DNA of 63,345 bases, the filler included, from Jimgerdemannia flammicorona (taxonomy: Eukaryota): the NCBI GenBank assembly GCA_003990765.1. It is 2 parts of 2 records of this genome, joined end to end, with 100 filler letters (N's around TTAATTAATTAA, not from the genome) between each part and the next. Parts side by side here need not be neighbours in the genome. Positions count along the whole stretch, not along the records: positions 1 to 31,628 come from RBNJ01000384.1; 1 more part is not named here. One strand, 5' to 3'. The notes below the pieces were generated by a model. The model searched no databases, was not told where the DNA came from, and saw only the letters and a program-made list of their open reading frames with translations. Of this stretch, positions 1-10,999 are shown piece by piece (position 1 is the stretch's first letter; the number at the start of each line of letters is the position of its first letter). Position numbers and translations under genes: made by a program.

Positions 1-126
1 AAATAACACAATCTCCACCCTCCCACCACTCTGCTCACAGATCCTTACCACCAAACTGTACCATCACCCCCCCTGAGGACCCCAACCCATCCACCATCTC
101 ATCAGCAGATCCCCCAACAGCTCCTC

Positions 127-2437
127 CTACCTTGATACTTTCTCTTGCAGCCCCAAATGCCACCCCTCCTCAAATACAAAAAGCCAATGTCCCACCAGTC
201 CCACCCACACTACTATCACCCACTCTAGGGTGAGCCAGCTATCACCCACCCCACTCACAAGCTGAGATCTCAAGTCCTCCCAGCGGACCCCCTCCCCCAC
301 CAGCCTATGCCCCACTCCCAGTCTATTCTTTATTTCTACCCAAAATTCCCTCAAAACCTTACACTCTCCCAATCAATGTTCTGGTATCTGTACATAACCC
401 CCAGCTTGCTCAACATCATAGCACTCCTCACAATCGAAAAGGCCACTGTCTACCAGATGCCCAGTATGGAAATTCAATATGACATTCCTCTGCAGCATTC
501 TCTATCATACCACCCAGAACTTGGAAGGAAGCCACCTCTGCACCTCTGCACTCCAAGACCAGATACCTGCTCAGTCCCACTCCTTGTCAATCCCTGCTGC
601 CTATCAGCCCCTTGGCCAAAGATCCTGACCAAGACCCTGCTGACACTCCACTCTATCCCCAATATCAAATATAGCAAGTAGAGCACCCCCCAGGAGCAGA
701 CTATCCCATCACTACATACTAGGCCCCCACATTACCTCTCCCTCATTGCCTTACCAGCACAGGCCAATTCGGTGTACTCCATCAACCACTCCCCACCAAA
801 AGCCCTTAAACTGCAGCTGCTGAATTCCATTCAACCCTACCAAAGAGAGCAGATCACCTGAGGACTCTCAAGGGGAGGTTCTCATCTCCCACACCTTCTG
901 TAATAGAGGTACCCAACCCTCTCCCTGTAGTTCAGCAGCTCTCTTCAACCACCAGGCTCACAAGCAGTACAACCTCTTAGGGAAATCCACAAGGCCAAGA
1001 CCTCCTCTGATCATTGGTGTTGCAAGAGTATCCCAACTGATCTGGGACCTCCTCTCTGCCTAAATTCAATCTCTAGCCACCTTTATCAGCCTCTTCACTA
1101 CCCAAGCTGGGAAGTCAAGGTGATAGGCCACATACCACAGCTTTGGGAACTAGTATACATTCAGAATTAATACCTGCCCTGCCAGAGAAATATGGCAGCC
1201 TCCCCAACCTCAAAGGGCCTCCCTCCAAATGGTCACCCTGCTCTCCCACCACACTCATGGCAAGACAGAATCATATACAGAAAGAAAGATACCCAGATAT
1301 CACACCACCTCACCAGTAGGGACAATTATTCCAATAACGTCTCCACCCACTAGCCCATTCCCAAGCACCATTGTCTCACACTTATGCCAGTTGAGCTTTG
1401 CCCCAGAGTGAGCCTCATACTATTCCACTATCTTCCTAAGTGTCTCAACATCTGCTACAGACCCAAGTCCAACCACCATGTCATCAGCAAAGGCCTCCAC
1501 CTTCTACACTATACCATATATAGAGAGCTCTGCTATCTTCTGACAAATTCTATCCATCAATAGCTCCAACAAAAGGGCATAGAAGATAGGGGACAGAGGG
1601 TCCCCTGAGGCACTCCTCTCTCCAAGGAAAATGCCAGACCACAGTAACCATTACACATTAGTACCATCTGACTGCTCTCTAGCAGGTTCAACATAGAAGC
1701 CTGAAATCTTGGGGGAACACCAATTCAATCCAAAACCTTGCCCAGCCAAACTCACCATACATAGTCATAGGCCTTCTTCTGGTCCAAAAAGACCAACCTT
1801 CCATTCAGTCCACAAGCCTGGACCCCTTCAATAACCTCATGCACCTATACAGTCTCATCTCTTATAAGTCTGCCCCCAACAAAGCTCTGCTGCTCCTCCC
1901 CCAGTACCTGTTGGGCAACTTTCTGCAGCCTCGTGACAATCACCTTAGTTACTATCTTCCTATCCATATCTAGAAGTATGATCAGTCTCTAGTTCTTTCA
2001 GTCTTCCCTCCTCCCCTTGTCTTTATACAATAAGACCACTAGTCCAAGGTCCTGCTCTCCCACCCACTCACCACTCTGAAGAACATGGTCACAGAGAGCA
2101 GCCATCTCACCCAATACTCTGGAGACCTTCACCATCTTCTTCCAGAAGTCCCATGGTAATCCATCCTCCCCTGGTGCTGTTCTAAGTTTAGTTGCTACAA
2201 GGATACTCTGGATCTCCTCTCCTTGCACTGGTAAGATCAAGTCACCCAGTCTGTCTACTTGTGGCAGCCCCCACTCCTCTAGTATGTCTGTAATCACTAC
2301 CTCATCAGCACCCCCTTCTCCCTCACTCCACAAACCCTGCCATCTTGCCTTCAGAACCCCTAAGATTTGTTGTGTTTTATGCACTATGTCCCCATCGGCA
2401 TCTAGGACCCCATTCCACCGATGTTGCACTCTCCTAG
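127..2437 (-). pseudogene. LINE A ORF2, reverse transcriptase and C-terminal part (many stops)
   Basis: Motifs APGEDGLPWDFWK, LLYKDKGRRED, LDQKKAYD, GVPQGDPLSP, FADDMVV, YLGIFL and GGLGLVDF read on the minus strand. Stops are mostly TAG/TGA/TAA at CAG/TGG/CGA/CAA positions. Confidence 0.9.
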
Positions 2438-4482
2438 TGTAAGAGGGTTGCTTTTTAGGGTAACCGTTACATAGTTCTGGAAGGGTTTTCTGGAGGTTCT
2501 GAATATTCTGGAAGACCATTTTCTTATGCTCAAGATCAATATCATATGGAGTACGTCCTCTACACTTATTGATTTCAAGATTGGGTTGACATCTCAACCA
2601 AAGTCCTTTTCCAGACTAGTTCTAGGTGTTCAGAATTTTTCCGTATTTTAGGAAGTTCAAGAAACTAAGACCAGCTTAGTTGAATTGGCATATTGCTGCA
2701 GACAATACCCAATTAGGAAATTTCATGATGGGGTTAGGAGTGGGACCTAACAGGGAGCGGATTTACTTAAGAGTGGTTTATGGGTTATAGAATAGGTTTA
2801 TTTGCTATTCATGATATTGCTATACTAGGAGTAGTTGTGTGAAGGGATATTGTGGGGAAGTATTCAGGAATATTCTTGTGTGTTCAAGTCTGTTCAAGTC
2901 TGAGATTCTGAGGTCTGGGGGAGGGGGTATTTATACTAGTGAGAGGCTATCTGGACTATGCTGAATATGGATGTAGCACTAAGTGCCTTGCTGAGTCGGA
3001 ATGCAGTCATGTAGTACAAGTGTGATCTGACATATCAAGAGATCATCTGACTGCTGAGTCAGTTCACAGTCACATCATATAAAGCTAATCTAACTATACT
3101 ATGACTGCTAGGCTATTTATGGGTTTAGGCACTGTCTGGATAGTCTTCGATGACATCACCATCGATTGCATCATCTCTGATGAAGTAGTCATCTAGGAAG
3201 AGTGGTTTGCAGATTACTTCTCCTTGTTTGCTGAGGTAGTAATACATTGGAACTTCATCTCTATCCTACAGGATAGCATCATCTGTCTTGTAGGCTGGAT
3301 AAGGTGTTGGTGGGCAAAGGATGGGTGTATTGTCTTTGCTTTCATTGGATTCACTGTCTGCGTACCTTCTATAGGTTACAGCACTATGAGTTGCAGGATT
3401 GTAGTAAGCTGGTGGCTGTGGTTCATGTCGCTCATACTCAGGTGGTGGAGTGGTTGGTTCAATCTCGAGGGTTGTCTGGAGGTACAGGTTGTGTTCTCCA
3501 GTCTCTTCATTGTAGTTAAAGTAATTAGGAGTAAACGCAGGTTGGTATTCATGCCAGTGGTCATTGTCCCAATAAGTCTCGTATGCAGTTATGAACTGTT
3601 GCAAGTTTATCAGCAAGTTTGGCAGTATGATCAGGATTGGCAGAGATCCTTGGCTAGAGGTCATGTTAGTGTCAGAGGGATCATTGTCTTCTGCTTCATC
3701 TTCGTCGAAGTGGATTATATCATAGACGTCCTTTATGACATATCTGACTTGAGGCATTTGCAGGATATGGTCATCAGGGTGTGGGAAGGTTCTGTCTGTG
3801 GTCTGGACATATTCGAGATACTTGTGGTTGAGTTCTTGTACATATCATGTCATCGATTTGGCCATAGGACAGAGTAGCAACCATTTCGCTGGTAGTGACT
3901 TGGAGGCGGGAAATAAAGGTGTTGTACTCATAGAAGAGTTCTCGATGTTTGCGGGTGATGAGCTTCTGGTGTTGAGACATCTAGGTAATATCTGTATCAT
4001 GGTGGTGTTCGACCATGTCTTCCAGGAGGCAGCCGATCTGGTAGTAGCTTGAGATTTATCCGATTCGGTGGGTCTCGCTAAGCATGTTCAGGACATTCCA
4101 TTGGGCTTCTATAAAGTAGAGGGGTACTAGGCTATGGATATTCATGAGGGGCAGAGGGGGTGTAGCTCAGTTGACAATGGCATTCCAAATGTCAGTGTGG
4201 ATACAGTTGTAGATCTCAGTAGTCATATTTGTGTATTTGGAAGTTATGGTTGTTATTTGTTTTGGTTCTCTGATTCGATACATCTCGGTGCTCGGTATAT
4301 ATGCATTTGGTCCTGATTAGTAAGATTCCGTTTGTGTAAATCTTGTGTTCCGTGACTTCAAATTGACTCAGCTTTGTGCACTGTGACTTCGGTTTGACTC
4401 AGCTTCGTGATCAAGCAGGTGATTTCCAGATTTGTTCAGAGGTCATACATAATTTCCGTGGCTTGGAGGTTGTGTGCTTACA
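2438..4482 (-). repeat. 3' LTR of E1 (2045 bp)
   Basis: Near-identical to 11000-13040 and adjacent to the PPT. TATA-like GTATAAATA near 2930-2938 on the minus strand. Confidence 0.96.
3125..4361 (-). pseudogene. LTR-embedded accessory ORF of E1, 3'-LTR copy (stops plus a 4-bp insertion near 3840)
   Basis: ORF-track pieces 3774-3980 and 3266-3757 correspond to the in-frame copy at 11687-12919. Confidence 0.7.
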
Positions 4483-4496
4483 ACTCTCCCCTTCTT
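4483..4496 (-). promoter_or_regulatory. Polypurine tract of E1 (AAGAAGGGGAGAGT)
   Basis: Purine run immediately preceding the 3' LTR on the element strand. Confidence 0.85.
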
Positions 4497-4907
4497 AGCT
4501 TTTGATGTCCTCATCAGGCCTTCTAATTTGTTCTAGTGTTGTTACACCATTTGGGAGGTCAAAAGTCTGGTAAGGTCCATTTTCTCAGAAAGTGGCATGC
4601 TCATAGTACAGTTGTCTAACACGTTGGATTCATACGTTAAAGGGTTGTATGTTCAATGCTGTGTGCCGGAAGTGATTCTGACATCATTCATTGCTGGAGA
4701 ATTTCCTCTAAGGAATCTTCTTAAATGTCTATGCCTTGTTTCTCACCAGTGGTACAGGGAGAATAGGCTTGCTTTCAGTTTTGCTATTTTTCCAGGGATT
4801 TGGTATTCTTGTCTTGTTTTGCTGAGTTCTTGACTTGGTTCATGATAGTTATAATGTTCAGGAGGGTAATATATAGTATGTATGAATAGGTGCAGAGTAT
4901 TTGATTC

Positions 4908-6260
4908 TAGTTGTTCAAGGAATCATATTCCTGAACTAGGTTGGTAGCATTCTGGAGATTGGTCTTGGGTTCCCAGGTTGCATCATGGATTGGGTAACCT
5001 TTCCATTTAACAAGGTACTCAGGATGGTTCTTGTTGCCACATTTGTTGAGGATTTGTTCAACTTCATACTCTTCTTGGTCATTAATAATGACAGGTGTAG
5101 GTGGTTCAGTGGTCCGGTTGGGGAATAGCTCATCATTATTCTCATTGTATCACTTGAGACATTGAACATTAAAGACTGGGTAAATCTTAATGGTGTCCAG
5201 TAGTGCCAGTTTGTAGGAGGTTGGAGAGACTTGTGCAATGACTTCAAATGGTCTAATGAATTTGCTGTTCAGCTTAGTAGATGGTCTGTGCTTGAGGTTG
5301 TCAACTCGGTATCCTCTGATGTCTAGTAGGACTTTTTCTCCAATATCAAAAATTTCTTCTCGGCAGTGTTGGTTAACATACTGTGATTGTTGTTCTTGAG
5401 CTCGTGATAGATTCTCGATGGCAATCTGGCTTAAATTGTGCATTCGGAGTAAGAATTCTTCAACAGCTTTGACTGTGCAGGGTTCTTCAGTGGTTTGGAT
5501 AAGTGTCAATGGGGTGTTTGGATTTTGTCCAGTGTTGGCAAAGAATGGGGTCATTCCAAGAGAGGCTTGCTTGCTATTGTTGTAGACAAACTCAACTGCA
5601 GTGAGGTGTTCATACCAGTCATCTTGTCTGTAGGAAACATAGTTCCTTAGCATTTGTTCTAGAGTTTGGTTCATTCTTTTAGTTTGGCCATCAGTTTCTG
5701 GGTGAAAGGCTGTGGATAGTGCAAGTTTTGTTCCAAGGTGTGCATGGAGGGCTTTCCAAAAGTGGCTGGTGAATTTTGGATCTCGATCACTAACAATGAT
5801 CTTAGGAAGACCATGATAGTGGAAGATGTTGTCAAACAAGAGTGTGGCTATGTCTGGTGCTGTTGCAGTAGTGGTAGTAGGTATAAAGTGGGCTTGTTTG
5901 CTGAGGTAGTCTACAAAGACAACAATTGCATCCTTCCCATTCTTGGTTCGGGGTAGTTGTACAATGAAGTCCATAGAGATTTGTTCCCAATTTGCAGATG
6001 GTACTGGAATAGGGTGGAGTAAGCCAGGTTTTGCTAGTGTTGAGGACTTGTTTCGTTGGCAGGCATCACAGGAAGTGATATAGGTTTTGAGCTGATCTGC
6101 CATACAGGGCCAATAGAAGTTTCGGGAGATAACTTCGTAACATTTATCAAATCCTAAATATCCAGCTGTAGGGGCATCATGACATTTGAATAAGATAGTC
6201 CTTCAGAGGTCTCGGTTGTTTGGAACATACAATCTGTCCTTGTAGTAGATAGCATTGTCC
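4908..6260 (-). pseudogene. E1 integrase with C-terminal chromodomain
   Basis: CDACQRNK zinc motif, ISMDFIVQLP, IVSDRDPKFTSHFW and HPETDGQT. Then EEYEVEQIL...EYLVKWKGYPIHDATWEP (chromodomain, ~4930-5075). Confidence 0.93.
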
Positions 6261-6269
6261 TTGAGTTGG

Positions 6270-8360
6270 TATTAATTGTACCGGGTATGCTTGTCAGCAT
6301 CATCATTGTTCAGGATTTCTCGGAGTACTTGAGCTTCTTTATCATCAACACATGCTGTGATGATTTGTTCCATGATAGTGTTGGTAACCAAGGTCAGAGT
6401 TTGGATAACCTCTTCGATTGGTGGTCTGGAGATTGTATCAGCAACAATATTTTCCTTACCAGGGTGGTATTGGATTTCATAGTCAAAGTTGGTGAGGACT
6501 TTCATCCATCTAGCTTGCTTTCGAGAAAGGGTAGCCTGGGTCTTGATGTTGACTAATGACTTGTGGTCGGTCAATATAGTGAAGTGTGCTCCTTCTAGAT
6601 ATGGTCACCATTTGATCAGAGTGTCTACAATGGCTAGTATTTCCTTCTCATGAGTTGCATAGTTGATTTCGGCATCATTGAACTTGCGGGAGTGATAGGC
6701 CACAGGGTGTCCTTCTTGCATGAACACTGCTCCAAGAGCTAGGTCAGAGGCATCAGTAGTGACTTCATAGGGTAGGGTAGGGTTTGCTGCTTGAAGTACT
6801 GGAGTGGTTATCAGGGCATCTTTCAGTGCTTGAAAGGCAGTATCTTGTTCGGGTCTCCAATTTACAAGATTGTTGAAGTCTTTCTCTTGTTTCATAGTCC
6901 AGGGTTGTTCTTGTTTCTTGCTATGCTTGGTCATTTGGGTGAGGGCAGTAGCAATTTTAGCAAAGTTGGCAACAAATCGCCTATAATAGTTTGCTAGTCC
7001 CAGGAATGACTGGAGGTCCTTCAGTTTCTTGGGTCTGGGCCAATCTTTGATTGCAGAGATTTTGCTGGGGTCCACTTTGATTCCATTTGGAGTGACAATG
7101 TATCCAAGAAATTGAATTTCTTTCAGAAGAAATTTACACTTGCTGAGTTTTGCAAAGAGTCAGTTTTCTTGGAGCTTCAGTAGTACTAGTTCGAGGTGTT
7201 CGAGATGTTTCTCTAGGGTTTTGCTGAAGACTAGGATGTCATCAATGTAGACAACAACAAATTTGTCCAGGTATGGGTACAGAATGGTATTCATCAGTAT
7301 CTGGAAGGTTGCTGGAGCATTAGTTAAGCCAAAGGGCATAACCAGGAACTCAAAGTGTCCATAGCAAGTTCGGAAAGCTGTCTTGTAGATGTCTTCTTCT
7401 TACATAGCAATTTGCCAGTAACCATTTCATAGGTCAAAAGAGCTCATGAATTGTGGGTTGGTAAGTCTATCAAATATTTCATCGATCCTCGGTAGTGGGC
7501 AACAGTTCTTGATGGTCTGTTCGTTGAGATCTCAGTAGTCAATGCACATTTGTAGGTCTCCTCCTTTCTTGACAACAAAGAGGACTGGTGTGCCATAGGG
7601 TGATACGCTAGGTCTGATGAATCCTTGTTCTAGGAGTTCGTCGATTTCTTTCTTGAGTGCATCAATTTCTCTTGGAGACATGTGGTAGATTGACTTGAAG
7701 GCTGGTTTGGCATCTGGGATAGTCTTGATAGCATGGTCTACTGCTCATTTGGGAGGTAGGCCTTTCGGGAGCTTCTTTGGGAATATGTCTCAGAATTTCT
7801 GAAGTAGTGGTCTGACACAGTTGTCAACTTTGGAAAAATCTTCTTCAGAGCTCTCGGGTTCTCCTTTGGATGGTCGGATGGAGATGGCAAAGAGAGGGCA
7901 TTTCTTGGCCAATTTCTTGAGTTGTAGCTTATTGATGTGGGTGATCTTTGGTCCAGGGTTACTAGAGTTGAGTGAGTCCTTTTTGCCTTATAGTTTAAAG
8001 TTGTGGCATCCTTTCTTGATGGTCAGAGAATGGTTTACCCAATCAATCATGGGGTTCTCTTGTTTTAACCATAGAGTCCCAAGGATGATTTCATTGTCAG
8101 GAAGTGGTATGATTTGGAGGGTAATATGTACTCAGTAGTTGCCAATTTGGAAGGGTAGATTGCAGACTTCTTTGCTAATAACATGTGAGGTTCCATCAGC
8201 TGTAGCAACTGCTTGAGTTTGCTGTACTGGAGAGGTGAAGACCTTGAGTCTGTTGGCTGTCTCTTCATTAATGAAGTTGCCTGAGGCACCACTGTCTATC
8301 ATAATCTTGACAGGTGCTCTGTTGACAAAAGCCTTAAGAGTGAGCAGTTTGTCTGATCCA
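6270..8360 (-). pseudogene. E1 protease - reverse transcriptase - RNase H
   Basis: IMIDSGASGNFI (protease); [14 protein letters not shown] and [11 protein letters not shown] (RT); [22 protein letters not shown] and TDHKSL (RNase H). Confidence 0.93.
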
Positions 8361-8569
8361 ATGCTGGTGATTTCAGTTGTAGGAGTCTTTCTTCTGTTGG
8401 TTCTTCTTTGAGCCAGTTTATTGACACAAGAGAAGCAATCATCAATCATTTGGGAAGAGTACATTCCAATACCATGAGGGCATCGGCCACTTGGTATATA
8501 TCCATCTTCTATCTTCTTGTAGAATTGTTCTTCTTTACTCATGGTAGGTTGGGCTGGGGCCTTGTTTGA

Positions 8570-8985
8570 TGAGCCAAATCCTTTGGATCCTCAGATGATG
8601 GGTAGTAGTTCAGGAACTTCCTTGACTGTCAGGGTTGACTCAATTTTTTTGAATAGGATCTGGGCGATGCAGAAGCCAATAGGGATCTTGAAGGGTGTCC
8701 AACTGTGGTTTCGAATGAGGACAATGATTTTGCCTGTGTAATCTTCATCAATGACTCCTCCTTCTACTGAGAGTCCTTTCAGTGTTAGGCTGCTGTGACA
8801 GCATATTCTTCCAATATGTCCTTCAGAGATTTGGATACTGATTCCTGTATAGACTTGTTTGACTTCTCGGTTGGAAACTGTAGCTTCTTTGGCTGCATAT
8901 AGGTCATATCCAGCTGCTTTTTGACTTCCTTTGGTTGGGGCCTTAGCAGTTTATCTTAACTTGACAAAGTCCAGTATTCTGGTGG
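8570..8985 (-). pseudogene. dUTPase domain of E1, between gag and protease
   Basis: AAGYDLYAA, GLSVEGGVIDEDYTGKIIVLIRN, IAQILF and GSKGFGSS correspond to trimeric dUTPase motifs 1, 3, 4 and 5. Confidence 0.88.
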
Positions 8986-8999
8986 TCAGGTTGTTAAGG

Positions 9000-10975
9000 T
9001 GGTGCAGAGTGGTGACAGTTGCTCATGTTATGTTCGGGATTTTCGATTGGGGCAGGCACTGGCCATGTGTCCTGTCTTTCAGCAATAGAAGCATGCTCCA
9101 CTTCTTCGAAGTTCATTTCTTTCACCTTCAGTAAGTTTCTTAAAGGTACTTGGCTGGGTGGGTTCATGATTTCTGGGTGTCCAAGAGGTGGATGTGGAGG
9201 GAGCTCAAGATGCTTCATGCTTGGGTTCTTCTTTCTTGGTTCAAGTCTTTTTCTTGTTGTTGAATTGCCTTCAGGGCAGAATTGGTCCAGCTGTTAGGAT
9301 TCGCTTGACCATGGTCTTGATTCTTGCAAGGCACCATTGTTGGTGATCACAACCAACTGGGCAGCCTTGTTCTTGGATTTTTCTAGTAAGTCATTCAGGC
9401 AGAGCATCAAATAAGTGGTCTGCTCTTGTACCATTTCATGCTTCATCATTGGCAATATATCCTAGGCCAACAGTGTTCAGGAGTGACTCGAGTTTTGTAC
9501 AGAAGGTTTCGAATTCTTCTTTGCCATGTATATCGAATTTGAGGTTACAGAGTTTTACTCAAGATTCAGCAATTATGGTTTCACTGCGATATTGAGCAAT
9601 CATGAGTTGTTTGAGTCCAGGGGCTGCAGGATGGGCTCCATATCCTGGGGCATTGTTTGCTGCATTCTGGGCAACTACTGCAGGTCGGGTATCCCATGTG
9701 AGGGGTTTTTCAGGAAGGGTTTACCACCATTCTTCAGCAGGTCCTCAGAAGAATATAACAACTTAGCGGACATAGGCTGTAGTTATAGCAAAGAGTTGTT
9801 CCAGGGTGTGGTCTTGATTGTTTGTCAGAACATGGTCAGCAACTCGCTCATTGGTCCATTGATTGGCTTCAAAGTTGGTGTCAACTACACTAATGAAGCT
9901 TTAGACTTCTTGTGCAGTACCATTGAAGGTAGGTAGGCTCAGATTTTTGGTAGGTCAGGTCTGTTCAGCTAAGGCAGTGATAGTTGCTGCCATTATAGCT
10001 ACTTGGGCTGTGAGATCAAGAATCTGTTGGTTCGCCATATTGATTGCTGGAGGTGGTTGGACTACTGGTAGTGGTGTTACTGGTACTACTTGAGGTACTG
10101 ATGCAGAGTGTGATGGGGTTCTTTGGGTCTGTGTAAGTTGCTGGAATAGTAGTTGTGAGTCTAGAGTGAGGGCTTGATAGATAACTGTTTGTTGCTATAT
10201 AGGTGTATTCTGTCCTGATGGGCATGCATCTCCTTCAGTAGTATATCTAGGATTGAATTCGGTAAGATACTCCTCCTCTTCTTCAGTTTGGTCCCCATGT
10301 AATTGGGTTTGCTTGGCATCGAAGTAGATGGAATCAATTGTATATCTGATTTCAGATGGACTTAATTCAAAGTCAAGTTCAGGTTCAGTATTGGTTTCAG
10401 GTTCAGGTAGGGCTGTAGCAGGGCCTGTTTCAGATTTGGGGTCAGGTAGTTGGTGAAGAGTTTCTCTTGCTTCTTCCTTAAGGATATGGCAGACCTTGCT
10501 GTTCTGGAATCGGTAGTATAAGGTGGTCTTGGTCCTGGTGCAGTGAAAGTCGGTAGAGTTGAGCCACTTGGCTACAGAGGCTTGGGCTTCGTGAGGAACT
10601 AAGGCTAGAAAGACTGCTGCTGGTTGTCCTAGGTCGCTCAGATTTGTGGAGCTGACAAAACTCTTGTTGAGAAGAGTAAAGAAGGCTTCAATAAGACCTT
10701 CTTCATCTTGACTTGCTGGGTGTAGTGTAAGGAGTTCGGTGAATAGGGTTTCACCTATTTGCTGGTTTAACCGGAGTACTTCTTTTTTTGAATGAAGTTT
10801 ATCCCACTTGTTGTAGGTATGGAGGTCAAATTGTTCTTATACGTCAGGTTCAATTCTCTCCAGATTGTCAGATGGTTTGGATAAATTCCAGTTCAGAGAT
10901 TGGGCTTTATACCAACTTGTAGGAATTCTCAGAGGGGTTTGTAGCAGGGTGAGGAAGCGTCTTGAAGCAGAATTG
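9000..10975 (-). pseudogene. E1 gag with a long N-terminal in-frame extension
   Basis: MANQQ... at 10038, followed by LPTFNG, GPAEEWW and ETFCTKLESL (retrotransposon gag-like). The same frame continues upstream to the PBS with only CAA/CAG-type stops. Confidence 0.7.
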
Positions 10976-10980
10976 GATTG

Positions 10981-10996
10981 TAAACCACTGCTACCA
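10981..10996 (-). promoter_or_regulatory. Primer-binding site of E1 (TGGTAGCAGTGGTTTA), probably initiator tRNA-Met
   Basis: Starts 3 nt inside the 5' LTR boundary. TGGTAGCAG is complementary to a CTGCTACCA 3' end of the initiator tRNA-Met type. Confidence 0.75.
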
Positions 10997-10999
10997 AGT

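Noticed and set aside
1998..2597. 199-aa minus-strand ORF
   Set aside because: Chimeric read-through from the E1 LTR end into LINE ORF2 across the insertion junction at 2437/2438; not a gene.
3224..3877. Hydrophobic plus-strand ORFs in the E1 LTRs (also 11786-12325) as a possible env-like membrane protein
   Set aside because: They are the antisense shadow of the A/C-rich sense accessory ORF; hydrophobicity follows from the T/G-rich strand bias.
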